This document shows, one piece after another, positions 10,557 to 19,016 of a stretch of DNA of 64,000 nucleotides. Source of the DNA: Actinomycetota bacterium (GTDB lineage: Bacteria > Actinomycetota > UBA4738 > HRBIN12); the NCBI GenBank assembly GCA_046330185.1, contig JAXLTF010000005.1, positions 96,360 through 160,359 of the forward strand, read 5' to 3'. Each line of letters begins with the position of its first letter. Position 1 is the stretch's first letter. The translations under genes were made by a program, and so were the position numbers. The notes under the pieces were generated by a model that saw nothing but the letters and a program-made list of their open reading frames with translations, did not search any database and was not told the DNA's origin.

Positions 10557-10591
10557 GGCTGCGTCAGGGCTCGATGCATCTTCGAGCCCTG
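10557..10591. other. GC-rich hairpin (14-bp perfect stem GCGTCAGGGCTCGA / TCGAGCCCTGACGC, about 7-nt loop) 36 nt upstream of the regulator gene
   Basis: Read directly from the sequence; no downstream T-tract. Confidence 0.4.
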
Positions 10592-10627
10592 ACGCGCTCG
10601 ACGGTGAGCGGGCGACCGTCCCTATAG

Positions 10628-11896
10628 TTGCCCGACATGGCTCGCCCCAGCACCGGCCTGCGCCCCATCGACGACCTGATCGGCGGCGTGCGGGTCGGTG
10701 ACAACCTGGTGTTCTCCACCAGCCAAGATGTCCCGGTGGACGGGTTCGTCTCGGCCTTCATCCGCGCGTCGGCAGAGGCAGCCGGCCTGGCCTACGTGAG
10801 CTCGCACGTGGCGCCGAGCGCCGTGCTCGAGCGTTTCGCCGAGGATTGGGGCACCGCTCCTACCGTCCTGGTCGACTGCTACACGGATGGCCTGGGAGGC
10901 TCCGACCCCGCGTTCGAACGCTTCTACCGATCGAGGCGGACCCGAGGTGGCCCCCGGGTGCACCGCATGCGCGACGTCGCTGACCCCGAGGGTGTGCGCA
11001 CGTCGATGGCCGGGCTCGAGGACGAGCTGGGACCGAACACGCGATACGTGTTCGACAGCTTGACCGGCCTGCAGGAGATGTGGGGAACGCACGAGGCGCT
11101 GTCGTTCTTCCTCAGGTCGTGCCCGCGGCTGTACGAGCTGCGCACGGTCGCGCTGTGGCTCGTCGACCACGGGGCGCACGATCGATCGTTCCTGTCGCGA
11201 CTCGCGCGGGTGACGCAGGTCCTGGTCCGCATCGAGGCCGACGACGAGGGCATGGCGCTGCGTGTGATCAAGGCCGAGGGGCGTCCCCCGGGGGTCACCG
11301 GCAGGCGCGCGCACATCCGGTTCGAGGACGGCGGGGCCAGCCTCATCCGCGAGGAGGGACCCGGGACCAAGGAGAGGGTCGGCGCGGCCCTGCGTGAGAG
11401 CCGCCGGGCGCGCGGGCTCTCCCAGGCCGAGCTGGCGCGCCGCATCGGCATCAGCCCGAGCGCGCTCTCGCAGGCGGAGCGAGGCGCGGCGGGCCTGTCG
11501 GGGACCACCCTGACCCGCGCCTGGCAGGAGCTCGGCACCCCGTTCGGGGAAGCGGTCCTCCCGCTGACCTCCTCCTACCGGGTGGCCCGACGTGGCGCCA
11601 GGCCCACCCGTGCGATCGGTCCAGGCGTCGCGGCGGAGGAGATCGCCGACGGTTCGGGGTCCGCGGGCGTGCACCTGGTGCGGTTCGCGCCGGGGGCGGC
11701 TGGGCGCAGGGCGCCCTTCGCCACCAAACGCGGGGAGGTCATCTTCGTCACGTCGGGGGTCCTCGAGCTTCGGATCGGCGAGGGCACGGAGACCCTGCAG
11801 GCCGGGGACGCCGTCGAGGTCGCGACGGAGACGATCACCGGTTGGAGGAACCTCGCGCCGGTCGAGACGGTCGCGGTCTGGACGATCCTCCCGTGA
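10628..11896 (+). CDS. three-domain regulator: N-terminal KaiC/RecA-like domain (no P-loop), central XRE-type HTH, C-terminal cupin
   Basis: N-terminus LRPIDDLIGGVRVGDNLVFSTSQDV resembles KaiC/RadA G.P.LD.LLGGGLP but lacks GxxxxGKT; HTH LRESRRARGLSQAELARRIGISPSALSQAERG; cupin-like C-terminus GEVIFVTSGVLELRIGEGTETLQAGDAVEV. Confidence 0.65.
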   Translation: MPDMARPSTGLRPIDDLIGGVRVGDNLVFSTSQDVPVDGFVSAFIRASAEAAGLAYVSSHVAPSAVLERFAEDWGTAPTVLVDCYTDGLGGSDPAFERFYRSRRTRGGPRVHRMRDVADPEGVRTSMAGLEDELGPNTRYVFDSLTGLQEMWGTHEALSFFLRSCPRLYELRTVALWLVDHGAHDRSFLSRLARVTQVLVRIEADDEGMALRVIKAEGRPPGVTGRRAHIRFEDGGASLIREEGPGTKERVGAALRESRRARGLSQAELARRIGISPSALSQAERGAAGLSGTTLTRAWQELGTPFGEAVLPLTSSYRVARRGARPTRAIGPGVAAEEIADGSGSAGVHLVRFAPGAAGRRAPFATKRGEVIFVTSGVLELRIGEGTETLQAGDAVEVATETITGWRNLAPVETVAVWTILP

Positions 11897-11935
11897 CCAC
11901 GGACGATCCGCGATCCGGCGGAAGCGGCGAGCCGG

Positions 11936-13561
11936 CTATCCGAGACGCCGCGGAGCATTCCTCCATCTCGAGTCCCGCTCGATCTGACGGAAGCAGTTCG
12001 CCGCAGGTATCCCGCTGACCCCGCCCCCCGCGTGCGTGGCCGAGCTCGCGTGGTAGAGGCCGCGGATGGGCGTCCGGTAGTCCGCGTAACCGGGAGCCGG
12101 ACGCATGTGGAAGAGCTGATCGGGCGTGAGCTCGCCATGGAAGATGTTGCCGCCGACGAGCCCGAGCTCCTCCTGCATGTCCCAGGGACCGACGACCTGT
12201 CGCGCGATGACCGACCCCTTGAACCCCGGAGCGATCTGGTCGTAGCCATCGATCACCCGATCCGCGAAGGCCTCGAGCTCGTCGGTGTGACGTTCCTCGG
12301 CCCAGGATAGGGGGGCCCACTGGGCGAACATCGACATGATGTGGACGCCCTCAGGAGCCATCGTGCGGTCCCCCCATGTGGGGATCACACCGTCGCAGAA
12401 GGGATGCTCGGCCCCACGTCCCTCGCGAGCGTCCTGGAACGCCCGTTCGATGTAGGCGGGCGAGAAGCCCAGGGCCGAGGACGCCATGTGGTGCTCCTGC
12501 AGGTGGGAGCCGGGATCGGCCCTGTAGCTCGGGAGCTTCGAGATGGCGCAGTTCACCTTGACGACACCCGATCGCGTTCGCCAGCGCTCGACGTCGCGCA
12601 CGAAGTCCGCCGGCAGCTCGGTTCGCTCCAGGAGCTCGAGGAAGGCGATCTTCGGGTGGATGCACGTGACGACCACCGGAGCGGATATCTCCTCGCCCGT
12701 GTGGAGCGCAACACCCGTCGCTCGCCCGTCCCGCGTGAGGATCCTGCCGACCCGTGCCTCGACCCGGACCTCCGCCCCGAACGCCTCCGCGGCACGGCGG
12801 CACGCGTCGGAAACCGCCCCCATGCCCCCCTCGGGGAAGCTGAAGCCGCAGATCTCGCCGGCCACGTCGCCGATCGCGTGGTGCAGCATCACGTACGCGG
12901 TCCCCGGCTCCGCCGGCCCGGCCCAGGTGCCGATGACGCTGTTGAGGGCCAGCATGCCCTTGACCTGCTCCGACTCGAACCACTCGTCGAGCAGATCGAT
13001 CGCGCTCATGGTGAAGAGCCTGGTGACGTCGGCCACGCCGCGCACCCCGAGCCCACGCAGCTTCCACGCCGTTCGCGCGGTCTCCACCAGATCGCCCGGC
13101 GCGAGGGAGCCGAGCCTCGGCGGGACCGCTCGTTGGAGTGGGCCGAGGACCGCGGCCACCCCGCCCAGCCAGGCCTCCCACTCACCCATCGTTTCGGCAT
13201 CCCGCTTCGAGAACCTGGCGATCGATGCCCGGCTCTTCGCGGCGTCGTTCGCGTACACCTTCACCGAGCTGCCGTCGGGGTACGCCTGATAGAAGAGGTC
13301 GAAGCCCGACGCCCTGTAGCCGTGCCGCTCGAGGTCGAGGGCGCGGATGATGGCGAGCGGCATCATCAGCATCGCGTAGGAGTACGTCGACACCCTGAAG
13401 TCGGGGTGCTCCGGCCATGGGCTGCTGGTGTCGGCCGCGCCTCCCACCTTGGACCTGGCCTCCAGCACCACCGTTCGCCGCCCGGTCCTCGCGAGGAACG
13501 CACCGGCGATCAGGCCGTTGTGGCCGGCGCCGATCACGATCGCGTCGTACCCGACCGTCAT
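11936..13561 (-). CDS. CrtI / phytoene-desaturase-family FAD-dependent oxidoreductase
   Basis: Start at internal Met gives MTVGYDAIVIGAGHNGLIAGAFLARTGRRTVVLEARSKVGG (FAD dinucleotide fold); about 540 aa; 22 nt downstream of the mttB-family gene; the upstream track ORF extension is R/P-rich junk. Confidence 0.7.
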   Translation of the reverse strand: MTVGYDAIVIGAGHNGLIAGAFLARTGRRTVVLEARSKVGGAADTSSPWPEHPDFRVSTYSYAMLMMPLAIIRALDLERHGYRASGFDLFYQAYPDGSSVKVYANDAAKSRASIARFSKRDAETMGEWEAWLGGVAAVLGPLQRAVPPRLGSLAPGDLVETARTAWKLRGLGVRGVADVTRLFTMSAIDLLDEWFESEQVKGMLALNSVIGTWAGPAEPGTAYVMLHHAIGDVAGEICGFSFPEGGMGAVSDACRRAAEAFGAEVRVEARVGRILTRDGRATGVALHTGEEISAPVVVTCIHPKIAFLELLERTELPADFVRDVERWRTRSGVVKVNCAISKLPSYRADPGSHLQEHHMASSALGFSPAYIERAFQDAREGRGAEHPFCDGVIPTWGDRTMAPEGVHIMSMFAQWAPLSWAEERHTDELEAFADRVIDGYDQIAPGFKGSVIARQVVGPWDMQEELGLVGGNIFHGELTPDQLFHMRPAPGYADYRTPIRGLYHASSATHAGGGVSGIPAANCFRQIERDSRWRNAPRRLG

Positions 13562-13583
13562 CAGCGGGCCGGCGACCGCCCGA

Positions 13584-15023
13584 TCATCGATCGACCGCGA
13601 CGGGCGCGGCACGGCGAGCATCGACGACGTCGCGCATCCCCGACAACACGTCCTCGGGCAACGGCTCCACGGCGTGCGATCCCCAGACCTCGAAGACCTT
13701 GGCCCGCGCCCGATCCCCGAGCGTGGTCGAGCCATCGGCCGACCACGACATCCTCGACCCCCAGCTGATCACGGACGGGAGCCAGAGCTCTCGGAAGCGC
13801 TCGCGCGTGTGACGCTCCCCCAGGAACTGCCCTCCGGGCCCGACCGCACGGATGGTGTCGAGGGCGATCGCCTCGTCGCTGACGTCGAACGGCGTGACCG
13901 CGACCCTGACCATGTCCGCGACCTCGTCGGCGATCACCAACAGCTCGGGCGAGAAGAGCAGGCCGCCCTCGATGCAGCCGGCATCGAAGACCAGATCCGC
14001 TCCCGCGAGGGTCGCGCCGAGCCCGTAGTAGGCAGCCTCCAGCGCCGCCTGCTCATCGAGCAGCTTGGAGTCGCCCCCGAAGCTCACGCCGACGGAGGGG
14101 AGCCCCCAGCGACGGCAGAGCTGTCCCATCGCCACCGTGAACCTGAACCCGTCGGGACCCCCCGTCGTGACGTTCCCGCTCCGCATGTCCATCAGGAACG
14201 GCACCGTGCCGCTGATGAACGGAACCCCGGGGGACCTGAGCTGCGCGAGCACCAGGCCCATGAGCGTCTCCGCCGCTGAGATCACGAGGGTCCCGGCGAT
14301 CGTCGCCGGCCCGGTCGCGCCCACCTGCGGTGCCGCCTGGCAGCACACCGGGAGTCCCCGGTCGGCCGCCACGAACACCTTGTCCACCGTCTCGGGATTG
14401 AACACGAGCGGCGAGACGGAGTTCAGGTAGGGCACGACGAACGGCCGCTCGCGCAGGGCGTCGCGGCCCCCCGCCACGAGCTCGGCCATGTCGTAGATGT
14501 CCCGGAGCTCCGTGCCCCCGGCGATCAGGACCATCAGCGGCTTGGTCGTGTTCGTGACCATCTCCACGAACTCGCACTGGTTCACGATGTGGATCGGCAG
14601 CTCCTCGGAGGGGCGGGTCACGCCCGGGGTCGCGACGAAGTCGATGTGGGCGAGCGCATCGGCCAGACGCGTGGACTCGCCCGTGGCCCGGAGGCTGAAG
14701 TCCTCCACCTCGCCCGTGCGAGGATCGAGGTAGTTGAGGTTCGTGACGCCCATCCCGACGTAGACGTTGCCCTCACCAAGTCGCAGCGCGGGCCCGCCGT
14801 TCCGATCGAAGATCGAGAACCGGGACGGCGCCGACGCCAGCGCTCGTTCGACCAGATCGGGCGACAGGCGGACGATCTCCCCTTCGAGGGTCGACCCGTG
14901 GTCGGCGAGGAGCTCCCGTCCCTCCCGGGACATGATCCGAACGCCCACCTCGGACAGGACCACGATCGCGGCCGCATGCAGTCGCTCCAGGGCATCGTTC
15001 GACAGGAGCTCCAGCGTCGTCAC
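13584..15023 (-). CDS. MttB-superfamily (trimethylamine methyltransferase family) corrinoid-dependent methyltransferase, non-pyrrolysine type
   Basis: From a GTG near 15023: TTLELLSNDALERLHAAAIVVLSEVGVRI..., with family-length ~479 aa and TIM-barrel-like conserved blocks; no in-frame amber codon; first 162 aa of the track ORF are R/P/S-rich junk. Confidence 0.75.
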   Translation of the reverse strand: MTTLELLSNDALERLHAAAIVVLSEVGVRIMSREGRELLADHGSTLEGEIVRLSPDLVERALASAPSRFSIFDRNGGPALRLGEGNVYVGMGVTNLNYLDPRTGEVEDFSLRATGESTRLADALAHIDFVATPGVTRPSEELPIHIVNQCEFVEMVTNTTKPLMVLIAGGTELRDIYDMAELVAGGRDALRERPFVVPYLNSVSPLVFNPETVDKVFVAADRGLPVCCQAAPQVGATGPATIAGTLVISAAETLMGLVLAQLRSPGVPFISGTVPFLMDMRSGNVTTGGPDGFRFTVAMGQLCRRWGLPSVGVSFGGDSKLLDEQAALEAAYYGLGATLAGADLVFDAGCIEGGLLFSPELLVIADEVADMVRVAVTPFDVSDEAIALDTIRAVGPGGQFLGERHTRERFRELWLPSVISWGSRMSWSADGSTTLGDRARAKVFEVWGSHAVEPLPEDVLSGMRDVVDARRAAPVAVDR

Positions 15024-15128
15024 GCCCGGATGCTGCGTCGAAGCCGGGCGGTCCCGGCAGGGACCAATGGCCCTGTGGAGGGGGGACCGATGGACCCTAC
15101 CGCGGAGGCGGAGCGGGCCACAGGGTCG

Positions 15129-15158
15129 CTTCCGCGGCGCCGGCTTCCGCGGCGCCGG
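15129..15158. repeat. perfect 15-bp tandem duplication CTTCCGCGGCGCCGG x2 in the divergent mttB / corrinoid-protein intergenic region
   Basis: Read from the sequence (..gcttccgcggcgccggcttccgcggcgccggcg..). Confidence 0.5.
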
Positions 15159-15180
15159 CGACCGCCGATAGGACACGAGT

Positions 15181-15855
15181 GTGGACGACGACGAGCTGTT
15201 CAAGGCGATGACCCGGAGCATCCTCGACGGGGAAGCCGAGGTCGCGGCCGAGCTCGCTCGTCGATCCCTGGACGAGGGGATCGACCCCCTCGAGGCCATC
15301 GACCGAGGCTTCCTGCCGGGCGTGACGGAGGTCGGTGACGACTTCGGGGCGGGTCTCGCGTTCCTTCCCGAGCTCGTGATGGCGGGGGCGGCGATGAAGG
15401 CGGCGATCGCCGTCCTCGAACCGGAGATGATCGCCCGAGGGACCTCGCGGGAGCGGTTCGGAACCGTGGTGCTCGCGACGGTCCGGGGCGACGTCCACGA
15501 TATCGGCAAGAGCCTGGTCGGGACGATCCTGACGGCTCACGGGTTCCGGGTGGTCGACCTCGGCGTCGACGTGGCGCCCGAAGCCATCGTCGACGCGGTC
15601 CGCAGCGAAGGGGCCGACATCGTCGGGCTGTCTTCGCTCCTGACGACGACGATGCCCGCGCAGGCGGAGACGATCCGCGCCCTGGAGGCCGCCGGACTCC
15701 GCTCGCGCGTGAAGGTCCTGGTCGGCGGCGCGCCCGTCACGCTCGGATGGGCCCAAGAGGTGGGAGCGGACGCGTACGGCGAGGACGCGTCGGTCGCGGT
15801 CGCCACCGCTCGCCGCCTGCTGAGGCCCGGCGAGGGAACCGACCCGGCAACCTGA
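15181..15855 (+). CDS. corrinoid (B12-binding) protein, MtbC/MttC-like
   Basis: N-terminal helical cap followed by a B12-binding Rossmann domain with the DVHDIGK motif (TVRGDVHDIGKSLVGTIL); 224 aa; divergent from the MttB-family gene. Confidence 0.85.
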   Translation: MDDDELFKAMTRSILDGEAEVAAELARRSLDEGIDPLEAIDRGFLPGVTEVGDDFGAGLAFLPELVMAGAAMKAAIAVLEPEMIARGTSRERFGTVVLATVRGDVHDIGKSLVGTILTAHGFRVVDLGVDVAPEAIVDAVRSEGADIVGLSSLLTTTMPAQAETIRALEAAGLRSRVKVLVGGAPVTLGWAQEVGADAYGEDASVAVATARRLLRPGEGTDPAT

Positions 15856-15895
15856 GCCGACCGAGACCCTCGACCGGTTCCGCGTCTTTCGCGGG

Positions 15896-16165
15896 CTACC
15901 TCTTGACGTACACGACCATCGTCGAGGGGATCATCCCGGCTCGCGCCGCCGCCGCCGCCACGTCCTCGGACAGGGAACCCTGGGCCGCCTGGAAGGCCTC
16001 CATGTCGGTGACGTCCCACGTGCTGGCCACCTGGTTCGAGCCGTCCACGGCGACGTAACTGGCTCCGTCCGACGCGACCTCCGACAACGCGGGGACCAGC
16101 TCCGCCTTGAACCTCAGCCACTCCTCCACATCGTTGACGGCTGCGGTGACGATGATCTGCGGCAT
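15896..16165 (-). CDS. hypothetical small protein (89 aa from an internal Met)
   Basis: MPQIIVTAAVNDVEEWLRFKAELVPAL...; GGAAGGAG-like ribosome-binding site upstream; the upstream ORF extension is R/G-rich. Confidence 0.4.
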   Translation of the reverse strand: MPQIIVTAAVNDVEEWLRFKAELVPALSEVASDGASYVAVDGSNQVASTWDVTDMEAFQAAQGSLSEDVAAAAARAGMIPSTMVVYVKR

Positions 16166-16305
16166 CGCGGGTCTCCTTCCGAACGCCTGGAAGCGGTACC
16201 GGCCTGCACAGCGGCCGGTTCGAGGATCGAGTCTACGCGTCGGTCCGTGGACCGTTCGACCACCACCGGGGCGCTGATCATCCGGCACCGCTGTCTCGGT
16301 GCCCG

Positions 16306-16545
16306 TTACACGGCTCCTCGATCGAACACCACCGCACCGTCCACCATCGTGAGGTCCACGCGCGTCCCTCCGATCTCATCCACCGGTCCCGCGACGAGGT
16401 TCCGGTCAAGCGTGATGTGATCCAGATCGTTCACGTAGGCCGATCCCATCGTGAAGGCGGCGATGGCCGTATGGAGATCGATCCGCTCCTCTCCGGCAGC
16501 AGGGACGTGGCCATCGACCAGGACCAGATCAGCTCCATCCGCCAT
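16306..16545 (-). pseudogene. amidohydrolase C-terminal remnant (about 79 aa)
   Basis: MADGADLVLVDGHVPAAGEERIDLHTAIAAFTMGSAYVNDLDHITLDRNLVAGPVDEIGGTRVDLTMVDGAVVFDRG resembles the C-terminal strand region of amidohydrolases (LGSLEVGKLANLVVL-type). It lies right after the stop of the intact amidohydrolase; the rest of the track ORF 16306..17304 overlaps that gene out of frame. Confidence 0.3.
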
Positions 16546-16622
16546 CGCTCGTGCCTCCTGCGCTTGTCCGCGTTCGCCGGAACATGCGATCCGTGCCGTG
16601 AGGCACGAGCGTAGTACCTCCG

Positions 16623-18326
16623 TCACAGGGAGCCGGCGACCACCTTGCCCTCGAAGATCACGGCATCGACCTCGATGCTGCCGAGGCGCTCGGGCTCGAC
16701 CTCGAGGGGGTCTTGCGGCAGCACGACCAGGTTCGCGAGCTTGCCGACCTCCAGCGAGCCCAGCTTGTCGTCGAGGCGTAGCTGCCTCGCGCCACCGATC
16801 GTGTAGCCCTTGAGCAGGAGGTCGCGGGGCAGCTCCGCCGATGCCGGCGGACGTCTGCCGCCGGGGTGGGCGCCGGGATCGAGCGTGTACTCCGGATCGA
16901 TCCTGGTGTGGGCGATCTGCATCCCGAGCAACGGATCGGCGCGATGACGCTCGTACGCCGTCACCACGTCGCTGCCGAAGCCGAGCACCGCGCCGCTCTG
17001 CGCGATCTCGTTGAAGCGGTACATGCGGTCCCACCGCTCCCGGCCGAGATGCCGCGCCGAACCCTCCCCGAAGTATCCCCCCGACCAGTGGGGGGTCCAG
17101 TTGACGAACACGCCCAGCTCCGCCGGTCGAGCCATGTCCGCGGGATCGACCAGCTCGCAGTGCGCCAGGGTGACCTGGATCGTCCACGCCGCCCGCAGTC
17201 GTTCGCGGGCCCTCTCGGCCGCGTCGCACGCGACCCGGAACGCCCGGTCGCCGACCAGGTGGATGTGCACGTCGACGCCCTCGGCGTTGCACAGGAGCAG
17301 GCACTCGGTTAGCTCGGCGACTTCCATGGCGATCTCGCCGAGGCCGCCGCCGGGGCCCCGGAGCGGTTCGAGCACCGCGCCGTTGCCGCTCTCGTTGGTT
17401 CCGTCGAGGAAGAGCTTCAGCGTGTTCAGTCGCACGTGCTCGCCCCCGTACCGCGACTCATACCGCTTGAGCTGAGCGATCGCACCGGGCAGATCCCTCA
17501 TGTCCCGGAACCGGACCGCGCCCTCGTAGTACACGTTCAGCTCACCCAGCCGGTCGAGCTCCGTGATGGCCTGCAGGATCTGGTCGTCCTCGACCATCGC
17601 TTCGAACAGCGCGGTGACGCCGTGTTCGGTCATGAACCGCAGGACCTCGCGAACCCGTTCGGGCGTGATCTCCTCGGGAGGTCTCCAGCCGATCGCCTCG
17701 TACATCTCGTCGATGAACCGCTCGTGCACGCTCTCGCGCAGGTGCCCGGTAGGCTCGCCGTCCTCATCACGGTCGAACATCTCCAGGCCCGGCACCGGGT
17801 CCGGCGTGTCCCTCGTGATCCCCATCAGCTCGAGCATCCGGCTGTTGACCCAGTGGGCGTGCTCGCTGAAGTCCTGGCACAGGCAGGGCCGGTCGGACAC
17901 CGCCGAGTCCAGCAGCTCCTTCGTCGGCGCACGGTCGCCGAAGGTCGCCGTGGGGTAGTACTCGAAGTAGAGGAACGGCGCCTCCGACGGAGGATGCTCC
18001 CGCGCGTAGCCGCGGATGAAGTCGAGGATCTCGTCCACATCGGTGGTCCAGGGGAGCCGGACGTGCCAGCTGCTCCGCGTGACCAGGCTCGGATGCGTGT
18101 GGGCGTCGACGAACGCCGGGACTACCGTCCGACCACCCAGGTCGTGCACGGAGGAGCCATCCGCCACGACCGGCGGGTCGGCGGCACCTACGTACGTGAG
18201 CACGCGCTCCTCGATGACGAGGGTGGTCGCGAACGGCTGGTCTTCGGCGGACGTGTACACGTTGCCGTTGGTCAGCACGATCCCCACGCGGCTCCACCCT
18301 TCTCTCGTCTCGACTGACGAGCGCAC
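16623..18326 (-). CDS. metal-dependent amidohydrolase (amidohydrolase-3 family)
   Basis: 567 aa; VPAFVDAHTHP metal-binding motif, HLVGDRA, C-terminal GSLEVGKLANLVVL. Confidence 0.8.
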   Translation of the reverse strand: MRSSVETREGWSRVGIVLTNGNVYTSAEDQPFATTLVIEERVLTYVGAADPPVVADGSSVHDLGGRTVVPAFVDAHTHPSLVTRSSWHVRLPWTTDVDEILDFIRGYAREHPPSEAPFLYFEYYPTATFGDRAPTKELLDSAVSDRPCLCQDFSEHAHWVNSRMLELMGITRDTPDPVPGLEMFDRDEDGEPTGHLRESVHERFIDEMYEAIGWRPPEEITPERVREVLRFMTEHGVTALFEAMVEDDQILQAITELDRLGELNVYYEGAVRFRDMRDLPGAIAQLKRYESRYGGEHVRLNTLKLFLDGTNESGNGAVLEPLRGPGGGLGEIAMEVAELTECLLLCNAEGVDVHIHLVGDRAFRVACDAAERARERLRAAWTIQVTLAHCELVDPADMARPAELGVFVNWTPHWSGGYFGEGSARHLGRERWDRMYRFNEIAQSGAVLGFGSDVVTAYERHRADPLLGMQIAHTRIDPEYTLDPGAHPGGRRPPASAELPRDLLLKGYTIGGARQLRLDDKLGSLEVGKLANLVVLPQDPLEVEPERLGSIEVDAVIFEGKVVAGSL

Positions 18327-18497
18327 CTCGCAGGCTAATGGTCCGCATCGGCGGCGGTGCGGAGCGTGGTCGAACGTCAGGAGGACCGACGACCCGGCCC
18401 CTCGAGGAAGGGCCGGGAGCCCCGCTGCCCCATCCGGGTCCGATCACGGCACCGGACCACCCGCTGCGTAGTCGGACGCCCGTCTCACGCGTCTTAG

Positions 18498-19016
18498 GTG
18501 ATGATGCGAGAGACATTGACCGCCGATGCAGCAACCTCGCCGGGCCTCGAGACCCTCTACCTGCACCACGCGCCGAGCGCCCTGCGGTTCGCCTACTTCC
18601 TGACCGGCGACCAGGACGCGGCCAGGGACCTCGTCCAGGACGCGTTCGTGAGGGTCGCCGGCCGTTTCAGGTACCTGCGGCAGCCCAGCGGGTTCGACGC
18701 CTATCTGCGCCGCACGATCGTGAACCTCAACGCCTCCCGGCTGCGGCGGCTCAAGGTGGAGCGGTCGTCCCTGGCCCGTGAGGCCGCCTACCCAGTGGTG
18801 GCCGATCCAGAACATGACCCGGGGGCGAGCGACGAGCTCTGGCAGGCGATCCTCGATCTTCCCCCACGACAGCGGGCGGCGGTCGTCCTTCGCTACTACG
18901 AAGACCTGAGCGAGCCGCAGGCTGCCGACATCCTCCGTTGTTCGGTCAAGGCCCTGAACCAGCTCGTGGTGAGGGCGATGAAGACCCTCCGTACGCGGCT
19001 CGGAGAGGACGGATGA
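18498..19016 (+). CDS. ECF-type RNA polymerase sigma-70 family sigma factor
   Basis: Region 2 DLVQDAFVRV; region 4 LPPRQRAAVVLRYYEDLSEPQAADILRCSVKALNQLVVRAMKTL. Confidence 0.85.
   Translation: MMMRETLTADAATSPGLETLYLHHAPSALRFAYFLTGDQDAARDLVQDAFVRVAGRFRYLRQPSGFDAYLRRTIVNLNASRLRRLKVERSSLAREAAYPVVADPEHDPGASDELWQAILDLPPRQRAAVVLRYYEDLSEPQAADILRCSVKALNQLVVRAMKTLRTRLGEDG

Noticed and set aside
15024-15180. Cobalamin riboswitch upstream of the corrinoid protein gene
   Set aside because: Only a near-match to the B12 box (GCCACAG) and no recognisable conserved stems by eye; reported instead as a tandem repeat. Needs an Infernal scan.
16306-17304. 332-aa ORF as a full gene
   Set aside because: It overlaps the well-supported amidohydrolase over ~680 nt in another frame and is R/P/G-rich there; only the last 79 codons look protein-like (reported as a remnant).
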